Of a stretch of 64,000 nucleotides of DNA, positions 10,699 through 18,751 are shown in pieces; the stretch's first letter is position 1; each line of letters opens with the position of its first letter. The DNA is from an uncultured Acidobacteriota bacterium. GTDB lineage: Bacteria; Acidobacteriota; Thermoanaerobaculia; Multivoradales; UBA5704. The stretch spans positions 128,654 to 192,653 of the forward strand of contig CAWCIU010000004.1 in the NCBI GenBank assembly GCA_963795735.1, given 5' to 3'. Made by a program: the position numbers and the translations under genes. The notes beneath the pieces were generated by a model. That model did not search any database. It was given only the letters and a program-made list of their open reading frames with translations, and was not told the DNA's origin.

Positions 10699-12143
10699 GC
10701 CCCCTCCTCCCGCCGGAGCTCCTCAGCGGTACGGCCGATCAACTCCCAGAGCGCCTCGACATGCTGCCGCTCGGTGCGCAGGTTGCCGATCGCGACGCGC
10801 AGGGTGTGGCGCCCCTTGAGCACCGTATGGGAGAGGAAGACCGGGCCGGCGGCGTTGACGCGGTCGAGGAGCCGCTCGTTGAAGCGGTCCTGACTCTCGG
10901 GAGGGCCGGCGAGGCGGGCGCGGAAGCAGACGACGCTGAAGGGGACCGGGGCGGCCAGCTCGAAGCGGGGATCGGCCTCGACGCGGCCGGCGAGCTCGCG
11001 GGCAAAGGCGCAGTGCTCCCGGATGCGCTCCCGCAAGCCCTCGACGCCGAAGGCGCGGATCACCATCCAGAGCTTGAGGGCGCGGAAGCGGCGGCCGAGC
11101 TGGAAGCCGTAGTCCATCAGGTTCGTCACCTCGGCGTCCTCGCTCGTCCGCAGGTACTCCGGCACCAGCGAGAAGGCGGCGCGCAGCAGCGCCGGATCGC
11201 GCACGAAGAGCACCGAGCAGTCGACCGGGGTGAACAGCCACTTGTGAGGGTTGACCACCAGGGAGTCCGCCCGCCCGAGCCCCGGCATGACGGCCCGGTA
11301 CTCCGGGCAGATCGCGGCCGAGCCGGCGTAGGCGGCATCCACGTGCAGCCAGATCCCCTCCCGGGCGCAGAGGTCGGCGATCTCCGGCAGGGGATCGACG
11401 CTGGTCGTCGAGGTGCTGCCCTGGGTGGCCACGACGGCCATCGGCAGCTTGCCCGCGGCGCGGTCGCTGGCGATCGCCGCCGCCAGCGCCGGGACGGAGA
11501 TCCGGAAGGCCTCGTTGCTGGCGATCCGGCGGACGTTCTCCTGGCCGATCCCGAGGACGATCGCCGCCTTGTCGATCGAGGAGTGGGCCTGATCGCTGGC
11601 GTAGACGGTGAGCGCCGGCGCGTCCGGGCGGCCGGAGAGACCGCGGACCCGGACGTCGAGCCCGGGGAGCCGGTGCCGGGCGGCGGCGAGCGCCACCAGG
11701 CTGCTCGACGAGGCGGTGTCGTTGATGTGGCCGCGGAGCTCCGGGGGCAGCTCCATCATCTGGCCGAGCCACTCGCAGACCCGCTCCTCGAGCTCGGTGG
11801 CGGCCGGCGAGGTGCGCCAGAGCATGGCGTTGACGTTGAGGGCCGCGGCCAGGGTCTCGCCCAGGATGCCGGGAGCGGAGCCGGTGATGCCGAAGTAGGC
11901 GAAGAATCCCGGGTGGTTCCAGTGGGTGACGTTGGGCTCGATCACCCGCAGGTAGTCGTCGAGGAGAGCGTCGAGGGGCTCCGGCTCCACCGGCGGCGAG
12001 GCGGGGAGCGCGCGCTTCACCTCGCCGGGCTTGACGCCCGGGAGCACGGGGCGGTTCCCCACTCCTTCCAGGTAGTCGGCCACCAGGTCGGCCGCGCGGT
12101 GCATCGCGGCCCGGAATTCGTCGGCGGGGAGGTCTTTGGACAT
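10695..12143 (-). CDS. Pyridoxal-dependent aromatic-L-amino-acid/tyrosine decarboxylase (group II)
   Basis: 482 aa from the ATG at 12143. Contains HWNHPGFFAYF, the DAAYAGSA motif and NPHKW (PLP lysine), typical of DDC/TyrDC-type decarboxylases. Confidence 0.85.
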   Translation of the reverse strand: MSKDLPADEFRAAMHRAADLVADYLEGVGNRPVLPGVKPGEVKRALPASPPVEPEPLDALLDDYLRVIEPNVTHWNHPGFFAYFGITGSAPGILGETLAAALNVNAMLWRTSPAATELEERVCEWLGQMMELPPELRGHINDTASSSSLVALAAARHRLPGLDVRVRGLSGRPDAPALTVYASDQAHSSIDKAAIVLGIGQENVRRIASNEAFRISVPALAAAIASDRAAGKLPMAVVATQGSTSTTSVDPLPEIADLCAREGIWLHVDAAYAGSAAICPEYRAVMPGLGRADSLVVNPHKWLFTPVDCSVLFVRDPALLRAAFSLVPEYLRTSEDAEVTNLMDYGFQLGRRFRALKLWMVIRAFGVEGLRERIREHCAFARELAGRVEADPRFELAAPVPFSVVCFRARLAGPPESQDRFNERLLDRVNAAGPVFLSHTVLKGRHTLRVAIGNLRTERQHVEALWELIGRTAEELRREEGA

Positions 12144-12226
12144 GGGGCAAACGATATACCCCGAGAACGCAAAAAGGGCGGCCCGGAGGCCGCCCTTCCC
12201 GCCAGGTCGTCGAGACCCCGTCGCGC

Positions 12227-13285
12227 TTACTTCGAAGCGGTCTTGCTGCCCGCGCGGCGCAGCTCGTCGTCGATCACCGTGGTGATCTGGTCGATCGGCA
12301 CCGCGCCGTTGATGAACCGGCCGTTGATGAACATCGCCGGAGTGCCGCTGACGCCGACCTCCTGGCCGGCCTTCTGGTCGGCCTGGATGGTCGCGGCCTT
12401 CTCGCCGGAGTCGAGGCACTTGTTGAACTTGTCGGCGTTCAGGCCCAGCTCGGCCGCCTTGGTCTTGAGCTGATCGACGGCGAGGGCGCCCTGGTTGGCG
12501 AACATGGCGTCGTGCAACTGCCAGAACTTGCCCTGGTCGTTGGCGCAGAGCGAGGCCTCGGCCGCCTTCTGGGCGTTCGGGTGCATCGGCAGCGGGTACT
12601 GGCGGAAGACGAGGCGCACCTTGTCACCGTACTTCTTCTCGACCTCCTGGATCGACGGGATCAGGCGGGAGCAGTAGGGGCACTGGAAGTCGGAGAACTC
12701 GACGATCGTTACCGGAGCGTTCGCGGGGCCCTTGGCCGGGCCGGTGGCGGCCACCTGGATGCGGACCGGCTCGATCTTGTAGTCGACCTTGTACTTGGCC
12801 TGGAGGGTCTTGAAGTACTCGGAGCGGGACTTCTGCTGTCCCTGCTGCTCGAGGTAGGTCTTGATCTTGTCCGCCACCTGCTCCTTCGGAGCGGGGATCT
12901 GGGCCTTGTTCTGCTCGTAGAAGGCGTTGACCTCGGCGTCGGTCACCACGGCCGGCTTGATCTCGGCGAGGAGCTGCTCCTTGGTGATGTGGCGCGACGC
13001 GGCCTCGGCGTCGAGCAGGCGGTCCTGGACGAGCTGGTTCAGGCTGTTCTCGATGAGCTGGTGGACGTTCTGCTGGTACTCGCGGTCCATGGCCTTGAAC
13101 TGGTCGGCGTTGGCCTCGCGGATCTCGGCCTCGGTGATCGGCTTGCCGTTGACGACGGCGAGCACCTGGTTCGAGCTGCCGGAGCCGGCGGCGCCCGCCT
13201 TCTGCTGCGCGCAGGCCGGCAGGGCGGCCAGCGTGAAGGACAGCAGCAGAGCGCCCGGGATCAAAGGTTTAAAACATGCGTTCAT
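12227..13285 (-). CDS. Secreted DsbA-family thiol:disulfide oxidoreductase with SurA-like N-domain
   Basis: Signal peptide, thioredoxin-fold CPYC active site (FSDFQCPYCSRL) and DsbA-like C-terminal half. ATG at 13285 is preceded by AAGGAG. Confidence 0.8.
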   Translation of the reverse strand: MNACFKPLIPGALLLSFTLAALPACAQQKAGAAGSGSSNQVLAVVNGKPITEAEIREANADQFKAMDREYQQNVHQLIENSLNQLVQDRLLDAEAASRHITKEQLLAEIKPAVVTDAEVNAFYEQNKAQIPAPKEQVADKIKTYLEQQGQQKSRSEYFKTLQAKYKVDYKIEPVRIQVAATGPAKGPANAPVTIVEFSDFQCPYCSRLIPSIQEVEKKYGDKVRLVFRQYPLPMHPNAQKAAEASLCANDQGKFWQLHDAMFANQGALAVDQLKTKAAELGLNADKFNKCLDSGEKAATIQADQKAGQEVGVSGTPAMFINGRFINGAVPIDQITTVIDDELRRAGSKTASK

Positions 13286-13456
13286 CGGTCTGACTCCTTT
13301 AGATGGACGGTGGATCACAGGCTGCAAACACGAAAAGATGGGAATAGATTCCGATCGACTCCGGTCGCCCTTGAAAAATCGGATGGGTATTTTAGCACAG
13401 GGCCCTCACAGGCCCTCCCGGGCCGTCGCCGGCCCACCCTTCAAGGAGACAGGTGC

Positions 13457-14302
13457 TCAAACGGCCAGATGGCGAGCCACCAGCCCTTCGAGGATGCGCT
13501 CGGCGGGGATCCCGCGCAGGCGCATCGCCGGCCCTTCGAGGAGCGCTTCGGCGAGCGCCAGCCGGGCGCGCCGGCCGGCCGGCCCCTCCTCCAGCTCGAG
13601 GGAGCGGAGCACCGCCGCCGCGGCGATCCCCCAGGGGCGGCCCGACCGCGGGTCCTCCCAGCCGCCGGCGCCGGCGAGAGCCGCTGCCGCCGAGAGCAGG
13701 TAGACGGGAGAGCCGCTGGCGGTCCAGGCCGCGGCCGCGGCGGAGAAGGCGCGGGCCAGGGGCTCCACCGCCGCGGGGTCGACCCGCTCGGCGGGTCCCA
13801 GGAAGACGGCGAGCGAGCGGCTGCGCAGGGTGGGGAGCAGGTCGAGCCGGGAGGGGGCGAGCAGGAAGAAGTTGCGCGGCGAGGAGACGTAGGGCTCCTC
13901 GAGGTTCTTGAGCAGGGCGTTGGCGGCCTCGCCGGTGAGGCTCTCGGCGCTGCCGATGACGAACACCTGCCCGCGCGCCTCGAAGGGGGAGACCTGGGCC
14001 GTCCGCAGCAGCTCGCGGGTGGCGTCCACCGAGGTGGAGGCCTTGAGATCGCGCTCCAGCACCTGGAAGTCGGGGTGGAACTGCGTCCCCTCCCCGCCGG
14101 CGCCGGCCGTGTCGGGCCAGACGATCCGCCGGCAGTGGCGGCAGACTCCGCAGGGCCGGGCCGCCGCCGGGGCCTCGCAGAGCAGGACCCGGGCGAGCTC
14201 CAGGGCGGCGCTCCGGCGGCCGGCGGCGTCCCCGCCGTCGAGGATCACCGCCGGGTAGAGGGTTCCCTTGCGGGCGGAGTCGAGAGCGGCGGGCAGGTTC
14301 AT
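13457..14302 (-). CDS. holB: DNA polymerase III delta' subunit
   Basis: Contains the zinc-module motif C..C..C..C (LLCEAPAAARPCGVCRHCRRI), ALLKNLEEP and LPTLRSRS. The ATGA start overlaps the tmk stop, giving the classic tmk-holB pair. Confidence 0.75.
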   Translation of the reverse strand: MNLPAALDSARKGTLYPAVILDGGDAAGRRSAALELARVLLCEAPAAARPCGVCRHCRRIVWPDTAGAGGEGTQFHPDFQVLERDLKASTSVDATRELLRTAQVSPFEARGQVFVIGSAESLTGEAANALLKNLEEPYVSSPRNFFLLAPSRLDLLPTLRSRSLAVFLGPAERVDPAAVEPLARAFSAAAAAWTASGSPVYLLSAAAALAGAGGWEDPRSGRPWGIAAAAVLRSLELEEGPAGRRARLALAEALLEGPAMRLRGIPAERILEGLVARHLAV

Positions 14303-14985
14303 GACCCCTCCCCTCCCGGCGGCTCCGCCGACTCTGCCGGCGAAAACAGCTCGCCGAGCACCCGGCGCAGCAACTCCTCGGTCGCCTTGACCGGCCCCGC
14401 GGAGTCGATCACCCGGAAGCGGCCGTCTCCCTCCGCCGCCGCCCCCTCGGCCGTGGCCAGGAATCCCCGCCGCACCCGCTCGTAGAAGGCGAGGTCCTCG
14501 GCGTCGAGGCGGTCGGCCTCGCCGCGCCCCTGGCGGGAGAGGGAATGGCCGCGGGACCGGGCCGCCTCGGCCGGCAGGTCGAAGAGCAGCGTCCGGTCGG
14601 GCCGCCGCCCTCCGGTCGCGAGCCGGTCCACCTGGTCGATCACCGCGAGCGGCACCCCCCGCCCGTACCCCTGATAGGCGCGGGTGGAGTCGGTGAAGCG
14701 GTCGCAGAGCACGTGCCGGCCCTCGCGCAGCGCCGGCTCGATCACCTCGAGCAGGTGCTGACGCCGGCTGGCGAAGACGACCAGCAGCTCGACCACGCCG
14801 TCCATCGCGCCCCACCGCCGGTCGAGGAAGACGGCGCGCAGGGCATCGCCCAGCGGCGTCCCGCCCGGCTCGTGAGTGACCAGGTGCGGAATCCCGCGCT
14901 GCGCCAGCCACTCGGAGGCGCGCCGCAGGTGGGTCGACTTGCCGCTGCCGTCGAGCCCTTCGAAGGTGATGAACAGGGGCGGCAT
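14299..14985 (-). CDS. tmk: Thymidylate kinase
   Basis: FITFEGLDGSGKST P-loop, EPGGT and a DRF...S..AYQG lid region. Confidence 0.9.
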   Translation of the reverse strand: MPPLFITFEGLDGSGKSTHLRRASEWLAQRGIPHLVTHEPGGTPLGDALRAVFLDRRWGAMDGVVELLVVFASRRQHLLEVIEPALREGRHVLCDRFTDSTRAYQGYGRGVPLAVIDQVDRLATGGRRPDRTLLFDLPAEAARSRGHSLSRQGRGEADRLDAEDLAFYERVRRGFLATAEGAAAEGDGRFRVIDSAGPVKATEELLRRVLGELFSPAESAEPPGGEGS

Positions 14986-15169
14986 GAAGGAGGAACGTTA
15001 CCACCCGTGCGGGCTGGAGAAAACCGGGCTACGATAGAGGGGTGAGGTCCCTCCGTCCGGAGGGGGAAATCAGGGAGAGCACGGGCCGGAGATTTGCATC
15101 GCTTTCCGGCGGGTTTTTAAGGCTGTCGTGAACTTTAACCTTCAGACTTCAGTTGTGGAGGAGCATCCA

Positions 15170-15496
15170 ATGGCCGAGAAGAAGTCGAGTGCGGCGGGCG
15201 CATCCAAGAAATCGAGCGGTTCCAAAGGCGGCTCCAAGGGTGGAGCGGGCAACAGCGCCTTCATGGCTCCGCTGACCCCGGACGCGGCGCTGGCGGCGGT
15301 GGTCGGCAAGGAACCCCTGCCGCGCACCGAGGTCACCAAGAAGATCTGGGAGTACATCCGCGAGAACAACCTGCAGGATCCCAACGACAAGCGGACGATC
15401 AAGGCGGACGCCAAGCTGAAGGCGATCTTCGACGGCAAGGACTCGGTCACGATGTTCGAGCTGACCAAGCTAGTCAACGCCCACCTGAAGAAGTGA
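15170..15496 (+). CDS. SWIB/MDM2 domain protein with Lys/Ser/Gly-rich N-terminal tail
   Basis: Residues LTPDAALAAVVGKEPLPRTEVTKKIWEYIRENNLQDP...MFELTKLV match the SWIB domain. ATG at 15170 follows GGAGGAG. Confidence 0.85.
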   Translation: MAEKKSSAAGASKKSSGSKGGSKGGAGNSAFMAPLTPDAALAAVVGKEPLPRTEVTKKIWEYIRENNLQDPNDKRTIKADAKLKAIFDGKDSVTMFELTKLVNAHLKK

Positions 15497-15519
15497 TGAA
15501 GGGTTGAACGGAGGCGCCG

Positions 15520-15551
15520 GGTAGGGGCGCGCAGGCCGCTGCGCTCCTACC
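15520..15551 (+). terminator. GC-rich hairpin downstream of the SWIB gene (possible terminator, no U-tract)
   Basis: GGTAGGGGCGCGCAG-gccg-CTGCGCTCCTACC forms an imperfect inverted repeat about 25 nt after the stop codon. Confidence 0.25.
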
Positions 15552-15588
15552 TCCGCCCTCCGCCCACGAGCCCGCCGCTCACCGACTC

Positions 15589-16632
15589 ATGCAACCGGCC
15601 GCCGGCACGCCTTTCCACTGGGGGCTCTTCTTCGCCCTGATCCTCGGCATGCTGGCGCTCGACCTCGGGATCTTCAGCCGCCGGGAGCGCCGGATCGGGC
15701 TGCCCGAGGCGGCTTTCTGGAGCGTCGTCTGGACGGCCGTCGCCCTGGCCTTCAACCTCTGGATCTACCAGCGCTTCGGCCGCCAGGTCGGCATCGAGTT
15801 CCTCACCGCCTACATCATCGAGCGGTCGCTCAGCTTCGACAACCTCTTCGTCTTCGTCGTCATCTTCAACTACTTCGCGGTGGCGGCGGAGCACCAGCAC
15901 CGGGTGCTGTTCTGGGGCATCCTCGGCGCCCTGATCTCCCGCGGCCTGTTCATCGGCATGGGCACGGCGCTGATCTCCCGCTTCGCGGGGCTGATCCTCG
16001 TGTTCGGCGCCTTCCTGGTCTATACCGGCATCAAGATCTTCCGCGGCGAGGAGACGGAGGTCCACCCCGAGAAGAACCCCGTCGTGCGGGCTTTCCAGCG
16101 CTTCGTGCCGCTCAGCGGCCAGTATCATGGCAAGCGCTTCTTCGTGCGCGAAGGCGGCCGCCGGTGGGCGACCCCCCTCCTGCTGGTGCTGGTGGTCGTC
16201 GAGGCCACGGACGTGGTCTTCGCCGTCGACTCGATCCCGGCGGTGTTCGGCGTCACGCTCAACGGCTTCATCGCCTTCACCTCCAACATCTTCGCCATCT
16301 TCGGCCTGCGGGCGCTCTACTTCCTGCTCGCCGGACTGATGGGCACGTTCCGCTTCCTCAGCTACGGGCTCGGTCTGGTGCTGGTGTTCGTGGGCGGCAA
16401 GATGCTGGCATCCCCCTGGATCGAGATCCGCCCGGGGATCTCCCTCGCCGTCGTGCTGGGCATCCTGGCGGTGGCCGTCGGCGCCTCGCTCCTGCGCCCG
16501 GCGCTCCCCCAGGAAGAGGAGGAGATCCTCCGCGACCCTTCAGAAAACGCCGAGACCGATTTCCAGCAATCGCCGGCGGCCCGGGAGTTGGAGATCGAGG
16601 AGGAAGCGGATAGGATTCGCTCGGAAAACTAA
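15589..16632 (+). CDS. TerC/Alx family integral membrane protein
   Basis: Contains EFLTAYIIERSLSFDNLFVF and the second DSIPAVF motif characteristic of TerC family proteins. Confidence 0.85.
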   Translation: MQPAAGTPFHWGLFFALILGMLALDLGIFSRRERRIGLPEAAFWSVVWTAVALAFNLWIYQRFGRQVGIEFLTAYIIERSLSFDNLFVFVVIFNYFAVAAEHQHRVLFWGILGALISRGLFIGMGTALISRFAGLILVFGAFLVYTGIKIFRGEETEVHPEKNPVVRAFQRFVPLSGQYHGKRFFVREGGRRWATPLLLVLVVVEATDVVFAVDSIPAVFGVTLNGFIAFTSNIFAIFGLRALYFLLAGLMGTFRFLSYGLGLVLVFVGGKMLASPWIEIRPGISLAVVLGILAVAVGASLLRPALPQEEEEILRDPSENAETDFQQSPAARELEIEEEADRIRSEN

Positions 16633-16652
16633 GCCGCTTGGAGGCCCTGCCC

Positions 16653-17822
16653 ATGGTGAAGGTCTTCATCCCTCGCGAGCGCCGCCCGGGGGAGACCCGT
16701 GTTGCCGCCACCCCGGAAACCGTGCGCCGGATGGCGAAGCTCGGTCTCGAGATCGCCGTCGAACGCGGAGCGGGGGAGTCGTCCCTCTTCCACGACGCCG
16801 AGTACGAGGCGGCCGGCGCCCATCTGACCGACGACCTCGCCGCGGCCTGGGAGAACGCCGACGTGGTGCTCAAGGTGACGCCCCCCGGAGCCTTCCCGGA
16901 GCTGCCCGGGCACGAAGCCGAAGGGCTGAAGCCCGGCGCGGTGCTGATCGGGTTCCTGGCCCCGCATCACAATCCCGACGCGGTGCGCACCCTGGCCGCG
17001 GGCAACGTCACCTCGCTCTCCCTCGAGCTGGTCCCCCGGGTCACCCGCGCGCAATCGATGGACGCCCTCTCCTCCCAGGCGTCGATCGCCGGCTACAAGG
17101 CCGTGCTGCTCGCCGCCTGGCGGCTCCCCAAGTATCTGCCGCTCCTGATGACGGCGGCCGGCACCATCAAGCCGGCCCGGGTGGTGATCATGGGCGCCGG
17201 CGTCGCCGGTTTGCAGGCGATCGCCACGGCCAAGCGGCTGGGGGCGGTCGTCGAGGTGTCGGACATCCGGCCCGCGGTCAAGGAGCAGGTCGAGTCGCTC
17301 GGCGGCAAGTTCATCGAGCTGCCACTCGCCGAGAGCGGCGAGGGACAGGGAGGATATGCCCGCGAGATGGGCGAGGACTTCCTCCGCCGCCAGCGCGAGA
17401 TCGTCCAGCGCCACCTCTCCCAGGCCGACGCCGTGATCACCACCGCCCTGGTGCCGGGCCGGCCCGCGCCCCGCCTGGTCACCGCCGAGATGGTGCGCGC
17501 GATGCGCGCGGGCTCGGTGATCGTCGACCTCGCCATCGAGCAGGGTGGGAACTGCGAGCTCTCGCAGGCGGACCGCGAGGTGATCGAGAACGGCGTCCTG
17601 ATCCTCGCCCCCTCGAACCTGCCGGCCGCGATGCCCCACGACGCCAGCCTCCTCTACGCCCGCAACGCCTTCTCCCTGCTGCAGCTCCTCCTCGACAAGG
17701 AGGGGAACCTGGCGGTCAACCTCGACGACGAGGTCATTGCCGGGGCGCTCCTGACCCACGCCGGCAAGGTGCTGCACGCGCCCACGGCGGAGCGTCTCGC
17801 GGCCGCCGAGGCGCCCGCCTAG
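16653..17822 (+). CDS. pntAA: NAD(P) transhydrogenase alpha subunit, soluble dI part (PntAA-like)
   Basis: Has an AlaDH/PNT N-domain, the Rossmann motif VVIMGAGVAGLQA and no TM tail. ATG at 16653 follows GGAGG. Confidence 0.75.
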   Translation: MVKVFIPRERRPGETRVAATPETVRRMAKLGLEIAVERGAGESSLFHDAEYEAAGAHLTDDLAAAWENADVVLKVTPPGAFPELPGHEAEGLKPGAVLIGFLAPHHNPDAVRTLAAGNVTSLSLELVPRVTRAQSMDALSSQASIAGYKAVLLAAWRLPKYLPLLMTAAGTIKPARVVIMGAGVAGLQAIATAKRLGAVVEVSDIRPAVKEQVESLGGKFIELPLAESGEGQGGYAREMGEDFLRRQREIVQRHLSQADAVITTALVPGRPAPRLVTAEMVRAMRAGSVIVDLAIEQGGNCELSQADREVIENGVLILAPSNLPAAMPHDASLLYARNAFSLLQLLLDKEGNLAVNLDDEVIAGALLTHAGKVLHAPTAERLAAAEAPA

Positions 17823-17890
17823 AGTTCCGGCGAGCGTCCCGGTTCCACCGGCTTCCCACACTCGGGAAACAAGGGAACCTCTCTCAAGGA

Positions 17891-18604
17891 TTGATGTTGC
17901 CGTGCCGGCCGCGGGGCCGGGCGAGACGAATGACCGACGACAATCGCGGCGGTGCGCTCCATATCGTGGAGCCGGCGAAGCCGGCCTCTGCCCTCCTGGC
18001 CGGGGAGGACGCCGGCGGCGCGCGCGCGCTGCTCGCCGGCCTGAGCCGGGTCTGGTCGGAGCTCGACCGCGAGCGCGCCGCGGCTCCCCGGCTGGTGGGC
18101 GAGCTGCTCGCGCTACCCCTCGAGCTCCGCGAAAAGCGGCTGCGCCGGGACCCCCGGTTCCATACCTGGGGGGTATGCGAGCTCCTGCTGGCGAAGAGCC
18201 TGGAGGCCGAGGAGCCCGCCGCCGGCTCCCTCGCCGCCCTGGCGCTCGCCGGTACGGAGCGGCTCGATCCCGCGCGCCACCCGCCGCCGGTGGTCGGCGA
18301 CCTGAAGGCGCGGGCCTGGGCGGCGTTCGGCGAGGCCCGGCGGCGGCAGGGGGATCTGAGCGGCGCCGAAGAGGCGCTCCGCGCCGCCGCCGCCTGTCTC
18401 GCCCATGGCACGGGCGACCTGCTCGTCGAGGCGCGCCTGCTGGAGTTCGAGGCGGCGGTGCGCCGGACGCAGGGGCGCGGCGGCGAGGCGGCCGCCCTGC
18501 TGAAGCAGGCGGCGGCGCGCTACCGGCAGGTCGGCGAGACCCAGCTCCTGGAGCGGGTGCTCGCCGAGCAAGAGTCGATCCGTCGGGAGGGCGTCCGGCC
18601 CTGA
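17891..18604 (+). CDS. Hypothetical Ala/Leu-rich helical (TPR-like) protein
   Basis: 237-aa ORF with coding-like GC3 and no recognised domain. The start is uncertain (alternative ATG at 17930). Confidence 0.4.
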   Translation: MMLPCRPRGRARRMTDDNRGGALHIVEPAKPASALLAGEDAGGARALLAGLSRVWSELDRERAAAPRLVGELLALPLELREKRLRRDPRFHTWGVCELLLAKSLEAEEPAAGSLAALALAGTERLDPARHPPPVVGDLKARAWAAFGEARRRQGDLSGAEEALRAAAACLAHGTGDLLVEARLLEFEAAVRRTQGRGGEAAALLKQAAARYRQVGETQLLERVLAEQESIRREGVRP

Positions 18605-18751
18605 TTCCCGCCGCATCCCTTGCGTTGCGGGTTGTCTTTTGGAAGGGGGATGTCATGAAAGAATGGCTCCGGATCGTCGGCGCGGCGTCCGTGCGGCGGC
18701 GTGAGCTGCGGCGGCCGTCCCTGGAGAGGGAGGCCGGATGAAGGAGACCGG

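Noticed and set aside
13457-15004. 515-aa track ORF spanning holB and tmk.
   Set aside because: Only the C-terminal 281 aa (from MNLPAAL, ATG at 14302) look like HolB. The upstream part is an off-frame read of tmk, which has its own clean ORF at 14299-14985.
15497-15588. Possible yybP-ykoY (Mn) riboswitch upstream of the TerC-family gene.
   Set aside because: TerC genes often carry this riboswitch. The 92-nt leader is too short, however, and lacks the conserved GGGGAGUAG-type core as I recall it. It contains only a simple GC hairpin.
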